Below, piece by piece: positions 42,117 to 52,347 of a DNA stretch of 64,000 bases. Origin of the DNA: Myxococcota bacterium (GTDB lineage: Bacteria; Myxococcota_A; SURF-8; G963663525); assembly GCA_963676915.2 (NCBI GenBank), contig CAXXVK010000030.1, positions 28,978-92,977 on the forward strand. Direction: 5' to 3'. Numbering within the stretch: position 1 is the stretch's first letter; every line of letters begins with the position of its first letter. The notes under the pieces are model-generated. The model was not told the DNA's origin, searched no databases, and saw only the letters and a program-made list of their open reading frames with translations. A program made the position numbers and the translations under genes.

Positions 42117-43036
42117 TCACCTCCGCAACGCCTCGACGACGGAAAAAAGCCGCCAGTCGTGATGTGTATTCTTCGTCGCAAGCGACATGAATGGGAAACG
42201 CTTTGACCTTTTTAAATGCCTGATCCAGACGGGTTTCGTAGTCGCTGCGTGCTTTCTCCAGCGCTTTTCGAACCTCCTTGCTCGATGTATCGGCCCAGAT
42301 CATCTGGCCGCTTTCCAGATCGCGCATGGGCACCATTCCCCAATTGTCGATCCGTGTTTCGGCACGATCTCTCACCACGAGCGGTACGAGGTCATGCCGT
42401 CTTTGTACGAGACTCAACGCTTTTTCGGGTACGGGACCGGCGAAATCGGAAATCAGAAACACCACCGAGCGATGAATCCGCAATCCCGCAATGAATTTCA
42501 GCGCTCGTTCCAGATTGGAACCGGCGGAAACGGGATCGTGCATCAGTACGTCGGACACGACACGTAGCGCGTGTTTCCGACCTTTTTTCGGTACGATCAG
42601 CTTTTCCACCCGATCCGTGAACAGCACGAGCCCCACTTTGTCATTGTTCCAGATCGCGGGAAAACGCCATCAAAGCAGCCAGTTCGGCAGCCAGTTGACG
42701 TTTGGAGCGCGGATGGGTACCAAACAGCATCGAGCGCGACACGTCCACCGCCAGAAGTACCGTAAGTTCCCGTTCTTCCTGGTATTGTTTGACGTACGTT
42801 TCTCCTGCACGGGCGGTGACGTTCCAGTCGATGTCGCGGATGTCGTCGCCCGCTTCGTAGGGACGAACCCGGTCGAACTCCATTCCGCGCCCCTTGAATG
42901 CGGAGTGGTATTGTCCGGCGAGGGTTTCTTCGACAACCCGCCCCGTGGCAATTTCGATCCGGCGGATTCGCCGAATCAATTCCTTGCGCGAAAGTTTCGG
43001 TTCCGCGCCGATGTCGAAAGGATCGAGTTCCCACAT
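42117..43036 (-). CDS. DUF58 family protein, apparent frameshifts near 42659 and 42131
   Basis: GRGMEFDRVRPYEAGDDIRDIDWNVTAR, EERELTV, DVSRSM; continues NNDKVG...FLISDF after a 1-base deletion. A second deletion gives FFRRRALRR* with TGA at 42117-42119. Confidence 0.82.
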
Positions 43037-43052
43037 CGGAAAAACTCCTCGC

Positions 43053-44123
<1,071 letters not shown>

Positions 44124-44277
44124 CGCGACTCTCCCCGCTTTGCTATGGCTCTGGTGGCTGAACAACCCCATACCATCGATTATTCCCGCTGACGAAGAAA
44201 AAATCAGGATATGAAGAAAAGAAAGAGGCTGAAGCCATTCGAAAAACAAAACATCGGAATTTTTCGTGTAGATCTAC

Positions 44278-44311
44278 AAAAAACCGGGCACAGGATATCC
44301 CGTGCCCGGTT
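44278..44311 (-). terminator. Rho-independent terminator after the M6 protease gene
   Basis: AACCGGGCAC...GTGCCCGGTT with a T tract on the minus strand. Confidence 0.8.
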
Positions 44312-44335
44312 CGTTACGTCATGAGATTCACTGGA

Positions 44336-47300
44336 CTAGACGTGCATTCCCCTACGGCGGAGAATCAACGCCGAACCCAACATCATCAGCAGCGCGAAGG
44401 ACCACCCGGCAGGGCTTTGCGAGCATCCGCCGCCACCGCCACCATCCGTAGTGTCGCCGCCAGGCATCTCGGAAGGATCGTCGCTAGCTTCCGCTCCACT
44501 CGCCGTTCCGGTGTCGTCGTCGACATCGCCATCCGGCTCGACCGTTTCGTCTTCCGTGTCATCCGTATCCCCATCGGGATCGACCACCTGCGGTTCGCCC
44601 TCGAACAGGCGGACCATCACGTTGCGAACGGCTTTTTTATCGCTGGAATTGACATCCACAAGGTGCATCACGAAATTCCCGGAAGCCGGTGCGGTGAATA
44701 CTCCGCTGACTTCGTAGTCTCCGGCGGCGGCATCATCGACACCCTCGATGCAGCTATCCAGCGTGTCGCAATCGGAATGAATCGCAAACGCCACATCCAC
44801 CGTAGGATCGGGATATACAACAAAGGAGTATTCCGAACCAGCGGTCACACTGAAGGTCAACCACATGTCCGGGCCTTCCACCGCCGAATCAAGACAGGTG
44901 GAATCGATGGTCGCCAGCGGGCGATAGTTGTCGAAAGCTCCGTTGTAGGTCGTTCCGGTTACGGGAATCGCCGTATCGCAGGAATCGCCTTCGGGAGCCG
45001 ATACGCATTGGTGTTCCCAGCAATACTGACCTTCATCGCCGCAAGGCTCCATGTCGGTATCGGTACTGGACTGGCAATCCAACGTGGCATCGCACCAGGT
45101 GATTTCCGCACATTCGTTGCTCGGATTGGCGGAAGGACAAAGGCTGTCATCGGGGGTATGGGTGCAGGTACTGCCGTCCCAGCCTTCCACCGTACAAGAT
45201 ACGCCGTCGTCCGTGCATTCACCGTCCACCGTCGCCATAAAGGTTTGGGTCGTAAACAGCGGCCTCAAGGTCAACTCGTCATTGAGCGCATGACCCAATT
45301 CATACACATCCTGATCCGATTCTTCGGCCAGACCTTCTTCGCCGGAAGTACGATAAACGTTTGAATCTACAGCGGTTTCCATCATGTGGAGATAGATTCC
45401 ATCCGGGTCGGTTTCGGAAGAGATGTGAAGCGCGAAAGCTTCCTTCATCTCATCGTTGCCGCTTTCCAGGATGGCTTCAATCCACAAAGGGCTATCCACG
45501 GCGAGAGAGGTTTGAGGCGTATCCCAGCCCGGTTCCGCATAGATATTGAATTCGGAAAGCACCGCCACCTCAGGAACGGGAGCCGTCAACGGCATGGGGT
45601 CCACGACGCCGGGACCAAAGTTGTTACCCTGGGTGTAGTTGTGCATCACGGTCGGTTGGGCAATGTCGGGAGCGAAGTAGACACCCGTTCCATTTCCGGT
45701 AATCGCGTTACCGACGATCATGGCGTTGCCGTCAAAGCTCGTTGCCGTTACCAGTCCCCACCCGGCATTGTCGCGAACCGTGTTGCTTTCCAGCGTGGGA
45801 GAACTGTTTTCTTCGTTGAAGTACATGCCGACAGCATAACTGGCGGTCCCGGCATCGGCCTGGAATACGCTGTTTCTAAACGTCGGCGAGGACTTACGAA
45901 TGGACACGGCGCAGTCGTAGCCTTCCGGCTGTCCACCCGCTCGGAGAATCCAGCTATTGGAAACGGTGATGTTGGCACCGAAGCGAAGTTCGAGTACTCC
46001 GCGATAGCGTTCCGCATCGTTGGCGGCACCTTCTTCGATCCTTACGAAATCGAGCACACTGTTTTCGGAGGGCTGCCCGTCGAATACAAGCTGTCCCCAG
46101 TCGCCGGGATTCGGCGCGGACTGGTCGGAAGTAATCAGGATCGGTGCATCGCTGCTACCCTGAGCCAGCAGGGTACCGTACACGATGATGTCCACCTGCG
46201 GGCTGCGCCAGTCGCCATCTTCGGCGGCGGCGTTTTTGGCAACCAGAATGCGGGTTCCGGGAAGGATTTTCACCGTCGCGCCACGCGAAACGGAAAGATC
46301 TTCTTTGACCCAGTACGGATTGCCTTCGGGACCAAGTTCCATGTCATCCACAAGGTTACCCTTGAGCACAGTACCAAAAGCGTTTTCGATCGTGGCTTCA
46401 CCCATCTGGGTTCCGCCTTCACTGGTGAGATCCCCGATGGTCAGGTGATAGACCCAATCGTCGTCGATTTCCTGAGCGAACGTCAGCTTCAGCACGGTCG
46501 GATTTCCACCCTCACCGTTGATCCGCTCCACCGTGGTAGGCGAAGCCGAAGTTCCATTTTCGATACCGATGTTCAGCAATTGGAAGTCCGTCGTCTCGTT
46601 CGTGGCCGCAGGCGGCTGAGAGAATTCGACCAGCACTTCGGTAGCCGACGCGAGGGTTACACTGATCGGTCGAAAGTCGAAATCGACATCAAACGTCATC
46701 GTATCGCCAACAGCGCTGATGTTCGTGATTTTGACACCGGAAGCACTGCCGTCATAGCAGTTGGAGTTCGGGTTGGTCTGCGGAGTGAAGCTGTCGTTGT
46801 TTCCGAGGTAAAACAGGGTTTGCGCTGTACTGGAACCTTCGTAAGCATCGAGATTCTGGGTTCCCGTAGCCTCTTCAAGATCCACCATTTTATGAGCCGG
46901 ATCGATGTTGACTTCGTTCACTTCCCAACGAGTCTGTGGGGTTCGAGTCAAACTGTGAATCCGTCCCGCCGCCTCATCCACATGCCAGATCGCCAGACCT
47001 TCAGACGGAATATCGGTATTCCAGCTCGTTCCCTGACGACGAAGCGAAACCAGGAAGTATTCATCCGCTTCCCACGGACCTTTGGCATAGATCTTGTAGA
47101 TTTTACGATCCTGAGCACTGAGCTTCGGAAGCGTGTAATTTCCAGGTTCGAAAATTTCTTCTACATCGATCCATCCAAGAAGCATCAGTTCCCATGCATT
47201 GGGCCAGGTCGGCGTTTGACCGTGACCGCCCCAGGAACCTTCCGACATAAGGGACCACTCACCGATTCCCTGATGCGTCGCCGGGCTGGAAACGTCGTAG

Positions 47301-48052
47301 AGGTCGAGAAGTCCGATTTCGTGTCCGTATTCGTGGACCGTCGCCCCGATGGTCGTAAACGAATCATCGTGGTATTTTCCGGGAGTGATGGGCATCCCGG
47401 TGATGTACACTCCATCATTCGAGAAAAACGGCACCTGCAAACCGGAACGGGTGGACCAAATACTATCTGTAGAAGCATTGGCGAGTTCCTGGCCATCTGC
47501 CGCATGAACCACGATAATCGAATCGTACTGTGAGAAATCGACATCCGGGTCGGACAAAGCCAACATTTCCTGCAACATATCTTGTTTGCGTACGTCGGCG
47601 CTTCCCGGTTCATCGGCCCCATAATACGCTAGAGCATGAGAAAGGGTATAAACATCACTTAAAGTGATTTGGAGATCAAAACGACCGTTGCTTACGGCAT
47701 CGTAAAACGCTTCGGACTGATCCATGATGTTTCGATAATAGGCATCGTTATGGTCTTGGTCGAACTGCACGTCCGTAAACTGGATACGAATGGCGATAAC
47801 GTTGTTGGTTCCATCCAGAACCGGCGAACGGCGCACGGGACGCATGGTTTCACCGTAGCCAATAGGCAGGATGGAGCGCCCGAACCCAAGATCGGCTTGT
47901 CCGGGCGAACGAACGAACCCGAGGTCGTGGGCGTGATCGTTGATTGGGTGGGTGTGATGCTTGGATGGTGGCATAGCCTGAGCGATGCCGAAGGTCGTTA
48001 GCATCAGCATAGCTACACCCGAAATAATCGTGATGATGGATTTTGTAGTCAC
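44336..48052 (-). CDS. M6 family (immune inhibitor A-like) metalloprotease with beta-helix, Cys-rich domains and MYXO-CTERM-like anchor
   Basis: Signal peptide; DVDFSQYD, HEYGHEIGLLDLYD, WSLMSEGSW, GLAIWHVDE; C-terminal GGGGGCS-TM-RRR. GTG start after AAGGAGG. Confidence 0.9.
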   Translation of the reverse strand: MTTKSIITIISGVAMLMLTTFGIAQAMPPSKHHTHPINDHAHDLGFVRSPGQADLGFGRSILPIGYGETMRPVRRSPVLDGTNNVIAIRIQFTDVQFDQDHNDAYYRNIMDQSEAFYDAVSNGRFDLQITLSDVYTLSHALAYYGADEPGSADVRKQDMLQEMLALSDPDVDFSQYDSIIVVHAADGQELANASTDSIWSTRSGLQVPFFSNDGVYITGMPITPGKYHDDSFTTIGATVHEYGHEIGLLDLYDVSSPATHQGIGEWSLMSEGSWGGHGQTPTWPNAWELMLLGWIDVEEIFEPGNYTLPKLSAQDRKIYKIYAKGPWEADEYFLVSLRRQGTSWNTDIPSEGLAIWHVDEAAGRIHSLTRTPQTRWEVNEVNIDPAHKMVDLEEATGTQNLDAYEGSSTAQTLFYLGNNDSFTPQTNPNSNCYDGSASGVKITNISAVGDTMTFDVDFDFRPISVTLASATEVLVEFSQPPAATNETTDFQLLNIGIENGTSASPTTVERINGEGGNPTVLKLTFAQEIDDDWVYHLTIGDLTSEGGTQMGEATIENAFGTVLKGNLVDDMELGPEGNPYWVKEDLSVSRGATVKILPGTRILVAKNAAAEDGDWRSPQVDIIVYGTLLAQGSSDAPILITSDQSAPNPGDWGQLVFDGQPSENSVLDFVRIEEGAANDAERYRGVLELRFGANITVSNSWILRAGGQPEGYDCAVSIRKSSPTFRNSVFQADAGTASYAVGMYFNEENSSPTLESNTVRDNAGWGLVTATSFDGNAMIVGNAITGNGTGVYFAPDIAQPTVMHNYTQGNNFGPGVVDPMPLTAPVPEVAVLSEFNIYAEPGWDTPQTSLAVDSPLWIEAILESGNDEMKEAFALHISSETDPDGIYLHMMETAVDSNVYRTSGEEGLAEESDQDVYELGHALNDELTLRPLFTTQTFMATVDGECTDDGVSCTVEGWDGSTCTHTPDDSLCPSANPSNECAEITWCDATLDCQSSTDTDMEPCGDEGQYCWEHQCVSAPEGDSCDTAIPVTGTTYNGAFDNYRPLATIDSTCLDSAVEGPDMWLTFSVTAGSEYSFVVYPDPTVDVAFAIHSDCDTLDSCIEGVDDAAAGDYEVSGVFTAPASGNFVMHLVDVNSSDKKAVRNVMVRLFEGEPQVVDPDGDTDDTEDETVEPDGDVDDDTGTASGAEASDDPSEMPGGDTTDGGGGGGCSQSPAGWSFALLMMLGSALILRRRGMHV

Positions 48053-48637
48053 ATTTTCCTCCTTGGCGAAAAGTACCTCTTCGCCATGAATACAAAAGAA
48101 ACGAAACCGAAACCTCCCGATTCCTTGATTTTATACTGCCCTTTTATAATGAAATGATTTCCTGCAAAGTCAATAGAGATGCACTGTATTGAATGAAAAA
48201 TGATAGATTTATGCGTTTCGGAGCGTATCTTCTCACTGGCATTGCAAATGAACCAAGATACCCACTAAAAAAAAGTGTTACGTTTTATAACCAACGGTAA
48301 ATACACCATTTTTCCGATTTAAAGAGAAGGCGTCTGTTTCTTGAAACGTGTAATTTGACAAGGAATAACGTCTGTGAGTCATAGTTTCACGGACAGAAAG
48401 TCCGAGAAACTGCGCAAGCTATTGAAAGCACAGAGCCTTCCGGGCTTCACACGAAATAGGATGAAACACTTGGTTTTAGTTTCAAGTTCACTATCTGAAA
48501 AATTGGGAAACGTTCTGACAAACAAACCCATTGCGTTTGGCCGTTCAGTCGCTACAATATCGTGGAATCGATTCCAAGAATTTCAAAGATCGACCAATGG
48601 ATGTATTTTCCGTTTTCAACCAAAGGAAGCTTTCGAC

Positions 48638-50785
48638 ATGAGATCCAAAGCCGTTTCGCCCATCATCGTTTGCAGTCTGTTTTTGCTTGTATTTTGGGGA
48701 TGTGCTTCGTCTCCCGCCTCCGCTCCCGCCGTTCCGGCGACGCTTGCCAAAGCGCCCCTTCTCCCGGATGTTCCCGAAACCCGCCGAGAAAACCACGACG
48801 AGACGATTCACGGTTACGACGTCTCCGATCCCTACCGCTGGCTGGAAGATGGAGAAAAAGCGCGCCTTTGGATCGAAGCCCAGAATTTCCGTACAAAAGA
48901 GTACATGGCGCTTCAGGATCGCCCCAACCTGGAAAAAGATGTCGAGCAGTTTTTCCAGGTCGGCTACGTCGGATCGCCCCAACGGGTCGGCGAAAAAGTA
49001 TTTTACGTGAAAATCGACCATCCACCCGGAACCGAAATGAACCAAGCGGCATTGTTCGTGCTGGAAAACGGCAAGGAACGCCAACTGGTCAGCCCGGATA
49101 GCCTGGATCCCAGCGGCAAAACCGCTCTCGACTGGTATCAAGCCTCTCCCGGCGGTCGCTATGTCGCCTACGGACTGAGCCTCGATGGTTCGGAAAACAG
49201 CACGCTGTCGGTGCTGGACCTTCAAACCGGCAAACTCCTGACAGATACTCTACCGGAAACTCGGCATTGTTCGGTTGCATGGCTCAAAGACGAAAGCGGC
49301 TTCTACTACACGCGCTATCCGAAAGGTGAACGATACAACCGGCACGTCTATTTCCATCGTCTGGGAGACGACATCGCGAAAGATGCGAAAATCTTTGGAG
49401 AAAACCGCAAAAAGACCGATTGGCCTTCCCTGCATATATCCGAAGATGGCCGATTCCTTTTCATCACTGTTTTCACTACGGCAACCAGTAATGACTACTA
49501 TATGTTCGACCGAAAAACCAAGAAATGGCAAACCCTCGCCGAAAACCTGGACGGCCAGTTCCACAGCGCGTTTTTCCATGGCAAACGGCTCTTTTTGACG
49601 ACAACTTTCCAAGCTCCTAAAGGACGTGTCGTTAGCCTGAATCCTAAGCAGCCCAAACCCTCGAAATGGAAAACCATCATTCCCGAAGGCGAAGCAACGC
49701 TTGTAAGTGCGCTGAACACTAAAAGCAACCTGGTGGCCTACACGATCGAACGCGCCGTAACCCGGTTGCGATTGTACGGGTACGATGGCGCGGAACGGGG
49801 AGAAATCCCTCTGCCTACCTTGGGAAGCGTCAATGCTCTGGACAACGATGCCAAAGACGATACGTTGGTATTCTCCTTCGGATCGTTCATGCATCCGCCA
49901 ACACTGTACAAAGTAAACATTGGCGAAAATCCAAGCAAAATCGCTGAAGTATGGACACCCCAAAACCTCGACCTGGAACGTTTCGTTGTCAAACAGGTGA
50001 TGTACCCTTCGTATGACGGCACTCGGGTGCCGATGTTCATCATTCATCGCAAAGACATGAAGTTGACAGGCGAAACTCCCACCTTACTGACCGGCTACGG
50101 CGGGTTCGACATCAGCCTTACCCCATATTTCAGCCGTAACGCGCTGTTCTGGATCACCCGTGGCGGCGTCTATGCCGTGGCCAACCTTCGCGGCGGTGGC
50201 GAGTTTGGCCGAGCCTGGCACGAAGCGGGTATGAAAGAGAAAAAGTTCCAGGTTTTCCAAGACTTCCAGTACGCCATGCGCTACCTGCACCGGGAAAAAT
50301 ATACCAATCCCGACAAACTGGCCATCATCGGCGGTTCGAACGGCGGTCTGCTGGTCGGTGCAATGTTGACTCAGGTTCCTTACCTGTTCGAAGCGGCCGT
50401 GGGAGATGTCGGCTTGTATGACATGGTACGTTACCACCTCTTCCCGCCGGGAGAAATCTGGAGCACCGAATACGGCATGGCTAAAAATCCGAAGGATGTC
50501 GGATACTTGTGGGCTTATTCTCCATATCATCAGCTCATCGAGGGCGTACACTATCCGGCCACGTTGATTGAAACCGCCGAGTCCGACACCCGCGTGCACT
50601 GGTTGCATTCCGCCAAATTCGCCGCCGCACTGCAACACGCGAACGCATCGAAAAATCCCATCCTGTTCCTATTGAGAAGCAAAGCCGGACACGGACAGGG
50701 AAAAAGCTGGTCGGAAACGGTCAAAGAATACGCCGACAAATACCGCTTCATCATGAGCCGTATCGGCGACCCTTCCGCTCCGTAA
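48638..50785 (+). CDS. Prolyl oligopeptidase (S9A), probable lipoprotein
   Basis: Lipobox VFWGC; DPYRWLED, GYGGF, RGGGEFG, GGSNGGLL (Ser), DTRV (Asp), AGHG (His). Confidence 0.93.
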   Translation: MRSKAVSPIIVCSLFLLVFWGCASSPASAPAVPATLAKAPLLPDVPETRRENHDETIHGYDVSDPYRWLEDGEKARLWIEAQNFRTKEYMALQDRPNLEKDVEQFFQVGYVGSPQRVGEKVFYVKIDHPPGTEMNQAALFVLENGKERQLVSPDSLDPSGKTALDWYQASPGGRYVAYGLSLDGSENSTLSVLDLQTGKLLTDTLPETRHCSVAWLKDESGFYYTRYPKGERYNRHVYFHRLGDDIAKDAKIFGENRKKTDWPSLHISEDGRFLFITVFTTATSNDYYMFDRKTKKWQTLAENLDGQFHSAFFHGKRLFLTTTFQAPKGRVVSLNPKQPKPSKWKTIIPEGEATLVSALNTKSNLVAYTIERAVTRLRLYGYDGAERGEIPLPTLGSVNALDNDAKDDTLVFSFGSFMHPPTLYKVNIGENPSKIAEVWTPQNLDLERFVVKQVMYPSYDGTRVPMFIIHRKDMKLTGETPTLLTGYGGFDISLTPYFSRNALFWITRGGVYAVANLRGGGEFGRAWHEAGMKEKKFQVFQDFQYAMRYLHREKYTNPDKLAIIGGSNGGLLVGAMLTQVPYLFEAAVGDVGLYDMVRYHLFPPGEIWSTEYGMAKNPKDVGYLWAYSPYHQLIEGVHYPATLIETAESDTRVHWLHSAKFAAALQHANASKNPILFLLRSKAGHGQGKSWSETVKEYADKYRFIMSRIGDPSAP

Positions 50786-50842
50786 CGTTACGGGAACATT
50801 GTTCCGTTTTTCAGCGCATTTCGATGTGAAATGGAACAGGTC

Positions 50843-51056
50843 AGCCCGGATAATTCATGAGAAATCGTCACGAGACGCCGAAAACCGACGATATTTCGCG
50901 AAGTTGGAACGATTTTCTAGAGGAATAAAGCTCCACCCCGAAGTCACGAAACACCGTGACTTCGGGGAATTTTTCGGCCTTTTCCATAATTTTGGAATCG
51001 TAGTTCCCGAATATTGTTCAAGGATTTTCAGGTAGAATCGTTTATGATTTCAGGCA
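50843..51056 (-). mobile_element. MITE-like repeat, copy B (inverted), with central hairpin
   Basis: Reverse complement of 50843-50915 closely matches the right arm of copy A (25787-25858). Internal CCCCGAAGTCACG-AAACAC-CGTGACTTCGGGG; the far end is more degenerate. Confidence 0.65.
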
Positions 51057-51082
51057 AAAAAAAAGACGGCTTAAAGCCGTCT
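51056..51082 (-). terminator. Rho-independent terminator of a minus-strand transcript
   Basis: AGACGGC-TTTAA-GCCGTCT followed by a long T run on the minus strand. Confidence 0.8.
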
Positions 51083-51228
51083 GAAAAAATCGATCTTCCC
51101 TGGGTTTTTGTGGAAATGAATGTGACGCACGTTACCATAAAGGGAGGGGAAATACGGTGAAATATCTGGGACAAGATTACTAGCGGATGTATGACCCCAG
51201 GGAAGATGGCAATATTGGTTGTCAAATA

Positions 51229-51327
51229 TCAAAGTCGTTTGCGAATGGGCTCGGGAATGACGCCTTTGATCGCCTGGCGTACGTTCTGAACCACGAGGTA
51301 TTCAATCAATTCCAGCATCGCTCGCAT
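51229..51327 (-). CDS. 32-aa small protein MRAMLELIEYLVVQNVRQAIKGVIPEPIRKRL
   Basis: TTAGGAG RBS 6 nt before the ATG; lies between the two stems; too short for the ORF track. Confidence 0.55.
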   Translation of the reverse strand: MRAMLELIEYLVVQNVRQAIKGVIPEPIRKRL

Positions 51328-51594
51328 GACGAACTCCTAACTTCAATAAGTAGATGGGGAACCGGGCTCATGAACCACGGGGATCGATGAAGATGATACT
51401 GCTGAGGATACTGATGTGAATGCATGATGCTGATTCTGATGCCAATCACCGATGATGAATACAAAGAACGGGAGCAGGAACAGTCACGGTACAAATTGCT
51501 ACAACAGAACCCGGTTTCCCATGAAAATGTTGCGGACTGGAAACTAGTCGCTGCTTTTGAGTTTTTAAAGAACGCAAGTTCTGGCCTATAAACC

Positions 51595-51611
51595 TTGCAC
51601 GCAGTGTGCCA
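51595..51611 (-). promoter_or_regulatory. Sigma54 (-24/-12) promoter
   Basis: Minus strand TGGCAC-ACTGC-GTGCAA (GG-N10-GC) with a very AT-rich upstream region (~51620-51850). Confidence 0.7.
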
Positions 51612-52347
51612 AAAACTGTTTTTTCACTTTTCAATGCGATCTATATTGTATAAACTATCGAAATTATTCACTTTTATTTATCTTTTTTCATTCTATATTA
51701 AATTATTTTGTTTTCTATTTTAATTTTAGGCGCATTTTTTTCGCCTTCGATTGATTTTTATCAAACAAACATACTCCATACTCTATACTAACGTATTTGT
51801 AATACTTTTAAAATTTCATAAATCATTGTTTTTTCAAGGCTATTTACAGGTTGCGCAATATTTTCGCCATATTTTCGCCGCCTTTTCAATTTTTGCGCAT
51901 TCTTTTCATTAGAGTTACTTTCCCCTGTTTCGTAGCACAATCACACGAGATTCCCTTTATTGTGTTCAAAAATCTGACAGGTATTCCGGGATTTCGTCAC
52001 ATGAAAATTACATCCAACACCAGAGCCTTTGAAAAGCTTTCCTTTATTGATATCCATCTCACGCTCTGAAAGCTGTACTGTCTCCTTTCGATCCTATTTT
52101 CCAATGACCAACCGAAAAACTGCCACGTTTACATCCCAGGAAAAAGGGGTTATACTTTCTTTTTTTTGGAATTCCTGAGCATACAGCATAATCCATAAAG
52201 GAATTTTTTTCGCCACGACTTCCACCTTGGATCGAAAGCGAATGAAATGCGTGCTGCCATCGGGAAAAAAAGAGCTCAGGAATCGACAAGATTCCTTCAC
52301 TCGACGGGACTTTTTGTTTTAGGGATCGAAAGATTTCGGAAAGACAC

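Larger units (their letters stand above)
51056..51585 (-). ncRNA. Candidate sigma54-dependent structured RNA (~530 nt, possibly dual-function with an sORF)
   Basis: Bounded by a -24/-12 promoter and an intrinsic terminator; long-range stems 51354-51369/51507-51522 and 51093-51104/51196-51207. Confidence 0.45.

Noticed and set aside
40867-42636. Apparent DUF58-BatD-like fusion protein (589 aa)
   Set aside because: An internal RBS, ATG and signal peptide at 42114, plus a one-base fix restoring a typical DUF58 end, indicate an indel artefact.
45386-47533. 715-aa plus-strand ORF inside the M6 protease gene
   Set aside because: Antisense shadow of a well-supported gene.
51306-51494. 62-aa His/Gln-rich minus-strand ORF as the explanation for the CAUC repeats
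   Set aside because: TTG start without an RBS, and it overlaps the better-supported sORF and the long stem; not fully excluded.
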